From an uncultured Janthinobacterium sp. (GTDB lineage Bacteria > Vulcanimicrobiota > Vulcanimicrobiia > Vulcanimicrobiales > Vulcanimicrobiaceae): a DNA stretch of 21,842 nt. The stretch lies in the NCBI GenBank assembly GCA_964658025.1, contig CAZZXB010000036.1:977-22818 (forward strand), in the 5' to 3' direction. Under the pieces are notes generated by a model, which searched no databases, was not told the DNA's origin, and was given only the letters and a program-made list of their open reading frames with translations. This document shows positions 1 through 11,619 of this stretch, piece after piece. Within the stretch, counting starts at the first letter, position 1, and every line of letters begins with the position of its first letter. The position numbers and the translations under genes were made by a program.

Positions 1-2
1 CG

Positions 3-140
3 ATCGGCGCATCGCTCGCGATCGCCGAGAAGACCGTCGAGAAACACCTGACGATGATGTACGGCAGATTGGCGGTTCGTTCGCGCGCCGAGCTCGTCGC
101 CAGACTCGCCGAGGTGCCGACCGAGCCGACGAGTCCGTAA
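3..140 (+). CDS. 3' end of LuxR/NarL-type HTH transcriptional regulator (partial, begins upstream of window)
   Basis: Manual translation from nt 3: IGASLAIAEKTVEKHLTMMYGRLAVRSRAELVARLAEVPTEPTSP*, which fits the LuxR C-terminal pattern IAxxLxISxxTVxxHLxxIYxKLxVxSRxEL; TAA at 138-140. Not in ORF track. Confidence 0.9.
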   Translation: MGASLAIAEKTVEKHLTMMYGRLAVRSRAELVARLAEVPTEPTSP

Positions 141-191
141 CGTCCGCGTCGCCGACCGTTCCCGCGAGGTGGCGGCGCGACGACGGCCACC

Positions 192-220
192 TCGACAATC
201 CCGCAAAAATACGCTAGAAT
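192..220 (+). promoter_or_regulatory. sigma70-type promoter for rpoC
   Basis: -35 TCGACA (192-197), 17-bp spacer, -10 TAGAAT (215-220), in an AT-rich patch within very GC-rich DNA; predicted TSS about 227. Confidence 0.85.
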
Positions 221-228
221 TACGCCCT

Positions 229-294
229 ATGCCCCATCGCCGGGCATCGTGAGGATCGAACCCGCCACCTCGGCGGGGGCGCGCCTCACTTTTT
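229..294 (+). promoter_or_regulatory. structured 5' leader of rpoC, possible attenuator
   Basis: Hairpin ATGCCC(229-234)/GGGCAT(242-247); second stem GTGAGG(249-254)/CCTCAC(284-289) enclosing CCCGCC(261-266)/GGCGGG(272-277), followed directly by TTTTT (290-294). Confidence 0.45.
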
Positions 295-434
295 CGGCAT
301 TACGTGGGAATCTCTCGCCTCCGACCGGTCAGCCGATCCGCGACGAGACCCCTCGAGAACGGTATCGGCATAGCGGCGTCGCCCCCACACGTCCGTCCCC
401 AGCAGAGATAGAGGTATCCCCCATCAGCGTCAAT

Positions 435-4226
<3,792 letters not shown>

Positions 4227-4250
4227 CTCCTTCGGAATCCGACCGGACCG

Positions 4251-4281
4251 AAGAGGCCCGCCGAACGGCGGGCCTCTTTTT
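4251..4281 (+). terminator. intrinsic terminator of rpoC
   Basis: Perfect inverted repeat AAGAGGCCCGCCG(4251-4263)/CGGCGGGCCTCTT(4266-4278) running into a T tract (4277-4281), 24 nt after the stop codon. Confidence 0.92.
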
Positions 4282-4375
4282 GTCGTCAAAAAACGGTTCG
4301 GTCGGTACGTCCGACGGAGGGAGGGACCCCTCGCGATAGTGCGTAGTTGCCAGGTGTAAGGCTTTCTTTACACGG

Positions 4376-5581
4376 ATGATATCCGACGACGAAACGGTCG
4401 CCCGCGGTCCCCACGACGATCCGCCGGCGGACGTACCCTACCTCTCTCGGATGGAGCGTCGCATGGTTTGGAAGAACGTTCAGGGCCTGCGTGGCATCGC
4501 GGCACTCCTGGTCGTGTTCGCCCACACGCACGATTTCACGGACGTGGCGGCATACAACGGACTGCTGAAAATGTGGGCGCCGATCGGGGCGTGCGGCGTC
4601 GATCTGTTCTTCGTCATCAGCGGATTCATCATGGCGAGCGTGCATTGGAACGATTTCGGCGCGCCGGATAGTTCGCGACGATTCTTGTTGCGCCGCATCG
4701 TCCGAATCTTTCCGCCGTATTGGGTCGTCACGCTCATTCTCGCCGGAACGTTCGCGGTGGCTCCGTGGATGAAACACCATTGGATGGGCGGCTCGGCGAA
4801 CGTGTGGCTCTCGTTGCTCTTGATCCCGCAGCCGAGCGGGAGCACGCCGCTTCTGTTCGTCGGGTGGACGCTTCTCTACGAGATGTACTTCTATTATGCG
4901 TTCGCCGCCGCGCTTCGGCTCGAGCGTAAGGCCGCGTTCGTCGCCTTCGGGATCTGGGCTGTGGGAATCGTGGCGATCCAGTTCGTACCGGCTGCGTTCG
5001 CGACGCCGTATAGCGCGTTCTTCGCGAGAAATCTCATCGTCGAATTCTTGCTCGGCGTCGGCATCGGCGCGCTCGCGATGCAGGGACGCTTCGTGAAGCC
5101 GGCGACCTTTCTCGTGCTCGGCATCGTCGCGCTCGTCGCGACCGAGGCGACGAAAGTGCTCTATCTTCACGGCAACGAGCAGTCGATCGATTCCGTGCGA
5201 TTCCTGATCGAGGGCGTACCGATGACGGCGATCCTCTACGGGGCCATCGGGTTGGAGAAGATGCGCGGCACGATCATCGCGAGGCCGTTGCAGCGCGCGG
5301 GCGACGCCTCGTACTCCGTGTACCTCTGGCACGGCCCGCTCTACGTCGTCGTCGGCAAGATCGTGCTCGCGCTCGACCATCACGTCCACATCCCGAAGCC
5401 GCTCCTCATCGCGACGGTTCCGGTACTCGTGACGTATGCATCGTTCGAGCTCTACCGCTTCGTCGAGATCCCGCTCACGTCGCAGGCGCGACGACTCGCG
5501 ACGCGCGTTTTTCCCGACCTCATGGCCGGTCGCAAGCCGATCCTCGTGGACGTCCCGGAACGGACGTTGCGGACGGCCTGA
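4376..5581 (+). CDS. acyltransferase family 3 (OafA/YrhL-like) integral membrane O-acyltransferase
   Basis: Motifs QGLRGIAALLVVFAH, GVDLFFVISGFIM, FLLRRIVRIFPPYW, WTLLYEMYFY, GDASYSVYLWH, YRFVEIP; about 10 hydrophobic segments. Start could be 4376, 4451 or 4463. Confidence 0.93.
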   Translation: MISDDETVARGPHDDPPADVPYLSRMERRMVWKNVQGLRGIAALLVVFAHTHDFTDVAAYNGLLKMWAPIGACGVDLFFVISGFIMASVHWNDFGAPDSSRRFLLRRIVRIFPPYWVVTLILAGTFAVAPWMKHHWMGGSANVWLSLLLIPQPSGSTPLLFVGWTLLYEMYFYYAFAAALRLERKAAFVAFGIWAVGIVAIQFVPAAFATPYSAFFARNLIVEFLLGVGIGALAMQGRFVKPATFLVLGIVALVATEATKVLYLHGNEQSIDSVRFLIEGVPMTAILYGAIGLEKMRGTIIARPLQRAGDASYSVYLWHGPLYVVVGKIVLALDHHVHIPKPLLIATVPVLVTYASFELYRFVEIPLTSQARRLATRVFPDLMAGRKPILVDVPERTLRTA

Positions 5582-5688
5582 CGGCGGGGGATCGCATTGT
5601 CGACGAGCGCGGCGCCCCGTCGGCGCCTCGTTCCGCCCGCGGCCCAGAGTAACCCCAGGCGGGACGGTCAAACTTAGAGATACACAGC

Positions 5689-6615
5689 ATGCTCTCGTTC
5701 TCCGATCGTCCGTCCGCACTCATCGCCCTCCCGCCCGACACGCGCGCGCAGCGACGTCGCCGGTTTGCGTACGCGGGAGCGCTCGTCGTTCACCTGATCG
5801 TGCTCGCGCTCTTCACCTTGTTCGTGAAATTGCTTCCGCCGTCTAAAGCGACGGAGCGCTCCGCGCCGACCGAGATCGTGACGATCACGCACCGTACGTC
5901 GCGGTCGACCGCCGTCGCGGCGGCGAGCGTCGTCTCGCCCGCGCGACGTCCGATCGTGCATCCGGCTCCCGTCGCCGCGCCCCGCGCGCCCGTTCCCGTC
6001 GCGACGAGCGCGCCGCCGCCCGTCCCGAAAACCGTCGCGGTCCGACCGATCTCGCGCCGCGCCGTCGTTCCGGTCCGCCATCCGCCCCGCCCGCTCCCGG
6101 CACCGCAGGCGCCGCGCGTCGCCTTCGTGCCGCATCGCGCGGCCGTTCCTTCGACGGCGACCGGCGCGACGAAGGCGACGCTCTCGCAAGCGAAGATCGA
6201 CGCGATCACGAACGACCTCGCCGAGAACATCCGCGCGGACCGCGACGCGATCGACCCGACGAAGGTGCGGCCGTCGACGCCCGCGCCGATGAAGGAGTAC
6301 GGTCCCGCGACGGATGCCTTCTCGCTCGGCGACACGCGCAACCATCACGGTCTCTGCGATCCGATCAAATCGTGGGATAGCGACGGGTACGATTACTATT
6401 ACGTCGCGTGCAACGTCCGCTTCTCCGACGGCACGATGCAGCGACAGAACGTGCCGTGGCCGGTCCGGTTCGATCCCAACGACGATCCGTTCTCCGGCAC
6501 GTCGGGTCACGATCTCCCGCTCGCGGTCCCGCTCCCCGGCTGGCACATCGCCGCGGGCGAGACCGTCAGCCCCGAACTCCGCGAGTACGCGAAGGATCAC
6601 GGCGTCTCGATCTGA
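5689..6615 (+). CDS. membrane-anchored Pro/Ala-rich protein with TonB/TolA-like architecture and an unrecognised C-terminal domain
   Basis: RRRR followed by a TM helix containing His (ALVVHLIVLALF), long Pro/Ala/Val linker, then a compact aromatic/acidic domain with two Cys. Confidence 0.7.
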   Translation: MLSFSDRPSALIALPPDTRAQRRRRFAYAGALVVHLIVLALFTLFVKLLPPSKATERSAPTEIVTITHRTSRSTAVAAASVVSPARRPIVHPAPVAAPRAPVPVATSAPPPVPKTVAVRPISRRAVVPVRHPPRPLPAPQAPRVAFVPHRAAVPSTATGATKATLSQAKIDAITNDLAENIRADRDAIDPTKVRPSTPAPMKEYGPATDAFSLGDTRNHHGLCDPIKSWDSDGYDYYYVACNVRFSDGTMQRQNVPWPVRFDPNDDPFSGTSGHDLPLAVPLPGWHIAAGETVSPELREYAKDHGVSI

Positions 6616-6662
6616 GCTCCCGACGTCGCGCGCCGCATCGCACGCATCGAAAATTCGCGGTT

Positions 6663-6725
6663 CCCCCATCGCGCGCGAACGTTTCGTCGAAACGAAACGC
6701 GATGGGGGCGAAGCCGCCGCTTCGC
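6663..6725. repeat. intergenic inverted repeats (two adjacent hairpins)
   Basis: CCCCCATCGCG(6663-6673)/CGCGATGGGGG(6698-6708) with inner CGTTTCG(6680-6686)/CGAAACG(6688-6694); then GCGAAGC(6708-6714)/GCTTCGC(6719-6725). Confidence 0.7.
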
Positions 6726-6846
6726 GACCGAGCGCGACGAGGCTTCCGGTGAGAGCGGCGGGTCCGAGTTACGGCGCGTGCGTTTTCGCGACCGCGACCA
6801 TGAACGCGGCGACGCGGATACGAAGGTCGACCGAGCGGAGGGTGAC

Positions 6847-7632
6847 GTGGCGGAACGACGGACGATCTTCATCAGCGGGGCGGCGAACGGTATCGGTCGC
6901 GCGACGGCCGAGCGTTTCGCTCGGGGCGGTTACCGCGTCGGCATCTACGATCTCGACGCGACGGCGGCGGAGCTCGCGGCACGCGAGATCGGGCACGACG
7001 CGCGCGCCGGATATCTCGACGTCACGGAGTACGAATCGTGGCGGAACGCGCTCGCCGATTTCGTTTCGACGAGCGGCGATCGGCTCGACGTGTTCGTCAA
7101 CAACGCGGGCGTCATGCACGCCGGAGCGTTCGCCGACGTCTCGCCCGCGGCACACGCGCGGACGATCGACGTCAACGTGAAGGGCGTCGCGTTCGGCGCG
7201 CACGCCGCATACGCGTACCTGCGGCGAACGCCGGGCTCGCGCGTCGTGAACCTCGCGTCGGCGTCGGCCCTGTACGGCCAGCCCGACGTCGCACTCTACT
7301 CGGCGACGAAGTTCGCCGTCCGGGGCCTGACCGAAGCCCTGCAGATCGAATGGCGACGCGACGGGATCTCGGTCGCGTCGGTGTGGCCCCTGTTCGTCGA
7401 TACCGCGCTCGTCCGCGATACCGAACGGACGGCCACGATGGATTCGCTCGGCATCCGCCTGACGGCGACCGACGTCGCGACGTCGATCTGGAAGCTCGCG
7501 ACGCGCGACATGGCGCGTTCGCGCCGCGCGCATCGTCCGGTCGGCGCGCAGACGCATCTCTCGATGCTCGCGGAAAAATTCGCGCCGACCGCGCTCACGC
7601 GGCTCGTCGTCGCGAAGCTCTCGGGGCGCTGA
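6847..7632 (+). CDS. short-chain dehydrogenase/reductase (SDR)
   Basis: SGAANGIG Rossmann motif, NNAG, catalytic YSATK; GGAGG (6837-6841) precedes GTG 6847. Confidence 0.93.
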   Translation: MAERRTIFISGAANGIGRATAERFARGGYRVGIYDLDATAAELAAREIGHDARAGYLDVTEYESWRNALADFVSTSGDRLDVFVNNAGVMHAGAFADVSPAAHARTIDVNVKGVAFGAHAAYAYLRRTPGSRVVNLASASALYGQPDVALYSATKFAVRGLTEALQIEWRRDGISVASVWPLFVDTALVRDTERTATMDSLGIRLTATDVATSIWKLATRDMARSRRAHRPVGAQTHLSMLAEKFAPTALTRLVVAKLSGR

Positions 7633-7659
7633 CGCCGCGCGACGCCGCGTCGCGCGAGA

Positions 7660-8619
7660 CTACGCGCGAGCGCTCGCGGGTGCGTCGGACCGCGTGCGAT
7701 CCCACGCGCGTTGTAGGAACTCCGTCGCCGTCGCGACCGCGCGCTTGGCTTCGGGGAGCGGTCCGTAGAATAACGGCCACACGTGCGGCATGTCCGACTC
7801 CAAGATCAGCTCGACGGGGACGCCCGCCGCGCGCGCGCGATCGGCGACGCGCACCGCGTCGTCGCGCAAGATCTCGGATCGACTCGCGAAGAGCATCGTC
7901 GGCGGAAAATTCTCGAACGACCCGTAGAGCGGCGACGCGAGCGGATCGTTGCGCCGCGCGGCATCGACGTACCGTAACGCGTGCTCGGCGATCGTGTTCG
8001 AGAGCATGTCTTCCGAACGCGCGTTCTCGGCGATCGACGTGCCGGTGCCGAGGAGATCGGTAAGCGGCGAGAGCGCGAGGATCGCGGCGAGCGCGGCCGG
8101 TTCGTGCGGCGTGCGATCGCGGATCGCGAGCCCCGCCGACAGGGCGAGACCGCCGCCGGCCGAGTCGCCCGCGATCGCGATCCCGCGCGCCGGGAGCTTC
8201 GCGCACATCGCGTCGTAGGCCGCGAGCACGTCGTCGAGCGCGGCCGGAAATCGATGTTCGGGCGCGCGTCGATAGGCGACGGCGAAGACGGGAACGCCCG
8301 TGCGACGCGCGAGCGCGACCGTGAGTCGGCGATGCGTCAGCGGCGAACACGCCACGAACCCGCCGCCGTGAACGTACAGGAGCGCGCGATCCGTCGGCTC
8401 GTCGTCGCCCGCGATCACCCATTCGCCGCGGACGGTCGGCGTGTCGACGGGGACGATGCGGACGCCCGGAGGAACGACGAGGTTGGCCTTCGCGTTGCGC
8501 TCGAATACCGCGCGGACGTCTTCGATGCTCCCCCCGCCCCGCCGCGCGAGGCTCTGGAGTTCGCGCTTCATCATGAGGCGGAGGCCGGCGCGTAGGACGC
8601 GCGATTGCCAACTCGCCAT
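7660..8619 (-). CDS. alpha/beta hydrolase, HSL-family (family IV) esterase
   Basis: HGGG oxyanion motif, GDSAGG nucleophile elbow, EILRDD acid region, MPHVW His; TGATG overlap with the upstream SDR. Confidence 0.93.
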   Translation of the reverse strand: MASWQSRVLRAGLRLMMKRELQSLARRGGGSIEDVRAVFERNAKANLVVPPGVRIVPVDTPTVRGEWVIAGDDEPTDRALLYVHGGGFVACSPLTHRRLTVALARRTGVPVFAVAYRRAPEHRFPAALDDVLAAYDAMCAKLPARGIAIAGDSAGGGLALSAGLAIRDRTPHEPAALAAILALSPLTDLLGTGTSIAENARSEDMLSNTIAEHALRYVDAARRNDPLASPLYGSFENFPPTMLFASRSEILRDDAVRVADRARAAGVPVELILESDMPHVWPLFYGPLPEAKRAVATATEFLQRAWDRTRSDAPASARA

Positions 8620-9485
8620 CAGCGCGCCGCCGGGATCTTCTCGGGCGTCCGCCCGGCGCGCGGCACGAACGTGCGCTTGGGATCGAGGATCGGTCGGAGC
8701 ACCTTCATGTACTGCGCGGGGAAGAAGCGTTGGACGAGGTCGACGATCGTCGCGTCGTTTCCGATCAAGAGTCGCGAACGGTCGGCGAGGATCGCCCGGG
8801 CGATTTTCGATGCCGCGACGGCGGGCGACGTGACGAGCGACTTCTCGAACGCCTTGCGATCGCGCGCGTGTTTTTCGGGATCGGCGAATTCGCCCGTGCG
8901 CGACGTGGCCGCGATGTTCGTCTTGATGCCGCCGGGTTGCACGACGGTCAATCGCACGCTCGAGTTACCGAGCTCGTGCCGCAGCGACTCGGAGAAGCCG
9001 CGGATCGCGAATTTCGCCGCGCAATACCCCGTCTGTAACGGCGGCGCGATCGCTCCGAAGATGCTCGAGACGTTGACGAGATTCGCCTCGGGTTCGGCGC
9101 GGAGCATCGGGAGGAAGAGCGTGCTTCCGTAGACCGATCCCCAAAAGTTGATGTTCATGATCCACTCGAGATCGGCGAGCGAGACCTCCTCGATGCGGCC
9201 GTAGAGCGCGACGCCGGCGTTATTGACGACGATCGACGCGCGCCCGTAGTCGGCCGCGACCGCATCGCGAAAGGCGGTCATGTCGGCGAGGCTCGCGACG
9301 TCGACCTTGCGCGTCGTGACGCGAACGGCGCCGCCGATCGAAGCGGCGGTCTCGGCGAGACCCGCTTCGTCGACGTCGGCGAGCGCGAGGTCGCTGCCGC
9401 GTCCGGCGAGCTCGCGCGCGAGGGCGCGGCCGATGCCCGATCCCGCGCCGGTGACGACGGCGACGGCGCCGCGGATGGTTCTCAT
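8619..9485 (-). CDS. short-chain dehydrogenase/reductase (SDR)
   Basis: TGAGSGIG, NNAG, NVSS, YCAAK, PGGIKT. Confidence 0.95.
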   Translation of the reverse strand: MRTIRGAVAVVTGAGSGIGRALARELAGRGSDLALADVDEAGLAETAASIGGAVRVTTRKVDVASLADMTAFRDAVAADYGRASIVVNNAGVALYGRIEEVSLADLEWIMNINFWGSVYGSTLFLPMLRAEPEANLVNVSSIFGAIAPPLQTGYCAAKFAIRGFSESLRHELGNSSVRLTVVQPGGIKTNIAATSRTGEFADPEKHARDRKAFEKSLVTSPAVAASKIARAILADRSRLLIGNDATIVDLVQRFFPAQYMKVLRPILDPKRTFVPRAGRTPEKIPAAR

Positions 9486-9561
9486 CGCTGCGCCGCGCGG
9501 GCGAGTGGTCGTTTCGGGAAGGCGATCATGGCTCGATCCTCCAGCGATGCGTCGGGACGAA

Positions 9562-9587
9562 AATCCGATAAGCAGCCGTGTCGAATT
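9562..9587. promoter_or_regulatory. candidate TetR operator upstream of the SDR-esterase pair
   Basis: Imperfect palindrome AATCCGATA-N8-TGTCGAATT (7/9 complementary) in the 105-bp gap between TetR and SDR. Confidence 0.35.
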
Positions 9588-9590
9588 GCG

Positions 9591-10259
9591 TCATCGTCCG
9601 AGGAAGGCCTGCGCCTCCGGTGTTTCGACGGGATTCCGTTCGAGTTCGAGCGACCGCATCCAGAGCTTCGAGAGCAATTCGATGAGCACGGCGACGCTCG
9701 GTCGTTCCTCCGCCAGCACCCACTCCGTAGTGAGCTCCTGACCCGCGCCGACGAGGGCCGTGCCGAGGAGATCGAGATCGATCGTCGGCGGCGTGCGGCT
9801 GCCGAGGAGTCGTTGCGCCGACGTGACGACCTCGCGGACGAATTGCGCGAGCGCGCGGCGACGGTGCGCTTCGAGTTTGGGACTGACGCCGATGACCTCG
9901 AGGACCATGATCCGCGCGCGGCGCGGATCGGCGGTCACGCTTTCGAAATAGGCCGCGACGCCGTCGGCGACGATGGCCCGCGGAGCTTTCCCGGGCGCGA
10001 AGATCGCGTCGCGCATCTGGTCCATGACGTCGGAGACGATCTCGTCGAAAATCGCGGTGAGCAAGGCTTCGCGACTCTCGAATTCCTCGTAGAAATGTCG
10101 GGCCGTCACGTTCGCGACCGAGCAGATCTGCTCGATCGTCGTCGCGACGTATCCGCGCGTTCCGAAGGTTCGCAATGCGGCATCGAGCAAGCGTTCGCGC
10201 CGGGCGGCGCGCCGTTCGCCCGCGGAGAGTCCGCCGTACGTTCGTGTCGTAACCGTCAT
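9591..10259 (-). CDS. TetR/AcrR family transcriptional regulator
   Basis: MTVTTRTYGG...RRERLLDAALRTFGTRGYVATTIEQICSVANVTARHFYEEFESREALL is a TetR HTH; start taken at the ATG at 10259 rather than the track start 10619. Confidence 0.93.
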   Translation of the reverse strand: MTVTTRTYGGLSAGERRAARRERLLDAALRTFGTRGYVATTIEQICSVANVTARHFYEEFESREALLTAIFDEIVSDVMDQMRDAIFAPGKAPRAIVADGVAAYFESVTADPRRARIMVLEVIGVSPKLEAHRRRALAQFVREVVTSAQRLLGSRTPPTIDLDLLGTALVGAGQELTTEWVLAEERPSVAVLIELLSKLWMRSLELERNPVETPEAQAFLGR

Positions 10260-10341
10260 GGGACGAAATATCGCATCGTCGACCGGATTTCCGCTTCCGC
10301 CGTTCGATGAGAAGCGTCGCATCGCGGCGAAACGGGCAACA

Positions 10342-10845
10342 GTGTTTCGCGCGCTCGTCCTCTTCGCATGCGTCACGACGGTCGCTGCGACGTCGGCGCC
10401 CGCGGCCGAACGCTTGCTCCCGCCCGATCTCGTCGTGACGTTGACGAACGATTCGATGACCGTCCTCGATGCGAACGGTCGCATTCTCTCGACGGCGCTC
10501 GCATGTCCCGGGTACGAGTTCGCGCAGTTCGGCGCTTCGGGACCGAAGTTTTCGCCCGACCAGCATTGGATTCTCGTCGACATCCTGGGTCCGCTCGATC
10601 CGGGCAACGTCGGTCGCAATCACGCGATCGTCGACGTCCGCACGGGCGGCTACGTCGTCGGCTCCGATTTTCCGCGCGCGCTCGGCGTCGCCGCGACGAC
10701 GAAGCCCGTCTCGTGGGCGAGCGGTCGACTCGCGGCGCTCCGCTACGACGACGGCACCGTGTCGGCTCCGATCGATCCGGGCGGACGACGCCTGCCCGTG
10801 CGACGGTGCGACGCGCCCGCGAGGTCCGCGAAAACGACGCCGTGA
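10342..10845 (+). CDS. putative secreted protein of unknown function
   Basis: From GTG 10342: signal-peptide-like MFRALVLFACVTTVAATSAPAA; one TolB/PD40-like segment PKFSPDQHWILV. Start uncertain. Confidence 0.65.
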   Translation: MFRALVLFACVTTVAATSAPAAERLLPPDLVVTLTNDSMTVLDANGRILSTALACPGYEFAQFGASGPKFSPDQHWILVDILGPLDPGNVGRNHAIVDVRTGGYVVGSDFPRALGVAATTKPVSWASGRLAALRYDDGTVSAPIDPGGRRLPVRRCDAPARSAKTTP

Positions 10846-10907
10846 GCGCGCCCGCTCGCGCCCCGCGAAACCGGGGAGCGCGTGCGGGGCGCGCGAAGCG
10901 TCGCTTC

Positions 10908-11558
10908 ATGGAAACGATCGTGGAAGTGCTCCGCCTGCCGTCGCCCGCACCGAAACCGCAGTCGATCGCGTTCGACGGATCGGCGCTCTGGATGGGCTCT
11001 CGCGAGACGCGGCGGATCTACGCGATCGAGCCGAAGACGTGGACGGTACGCGAGGAAGCGCAAGCACCCGGAACGCCGTGGGGCATGACGGTCGTCGGCG
11101 ACGAGTTACGCGTCCTGTGCGGCGAGACGAGCGACGACAATCGCATCGTTCGCCGCTTCGTTCCGGGGCACGGATTCAAATCGACCGACGGCGTCGCGGT
11201 CCCCGAAGACACGGGTTCGCAACTCGGCTACGACGGCGACCGTCTCTACGTCAGTCAGTTCTACAAACGCCGGATCCTCTCGATCGACGATCGCGGTGCG
11301 GTCGGCTCGACGATTTCGGCGGCGCACGACATCTGCGGCCAGGTCGTGGTGGGCGGCCGATTCTACCTCGTCTGCACGGACGACGAGGACGCGGGCTCGT
11401 ATTGGTTGACGCGGATCGACGCGCGCGCGAGCGCTCCGATCTGCGACGATCTGCTCGAAATCGGATTTCCCGCGCGCGGGCTCGCGTACGACGGCGAATT
11501 CTTCTGGACGAACCATCGCGAAGCCGACGAAATCGTGGCGTTCAAAGCCGCGCTGTAA
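10908..11558 (+). CDS. beta-propeller protein (glutaminyl-cyclase-like/YncE-like repeats), function unknown
   Basis: ATG 10908; roughly 40-aa repeats PQSIAFDGSALWMG, PWGMTVVGDELRVL, GSQLGYDGDRLYVS, ICGQVVVGGRFYLV, ARGLAYDGEFFWTN; no signal peptide. Confidence 0.7.
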   Translation: METIVEVLRLPSPAPKPQSIAFDGSALWMGSRETRRIYAIEPKTWTVREEAQAPGTPWGMTVVGDELRVLCGETSDDNRIVRRFVPGHGFKSTDGVAVPEDTGSQLGYDGDRLYVSQFYKRRILSIDDRGAVGSTISAAHDICGQVVVGGRFYLVCTDDEDAGSYWLTRIDARASAPICDDLLEIGFPARGLAYDGEFFWTNHREADEIVAFKAAL

Positions 11559-11574
11559 TCGGCCGCGCGTGCGT

Positions 11575-11615
11575 CGCGAATAATCCCGGCGTCGCGACGA
11601 CGCCCGCGAATAATC
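11575..11615. repeat. 11-bp direct repeat flanking a small hairpin between convergent genes
   Basis: CGCGAATAATC at 11575-11585 and 11605-11615; GGCGTCG(11588-11594)/CGACGCC(11598-11604) between them. Confidence 0.6.
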
Positions 11616-11619
11616 GCCG

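Noticed and set aside
249..434. 62-aa N-terminal extension of RpoC in the ORF track
   Set aside because: No RBS before GTG 249, homology begins at MLDVNNF, and the region reads as a structured leader.
10257..10260. Shared CATG start for TetR and the divergent ORF 10258-10845
   Set aside because: A signal-peptide-like N-terminus begins at GTG 10342, which leaves a normal 82-bp divergent gap.
10857..10893. 10-bp GC stem CGCGCCCCGC/GCGGGGCGCG between two co-directional genes
   Set aside because: Pure G/C, no U-tract, and plausible by chance at this composition; not called a terminator.
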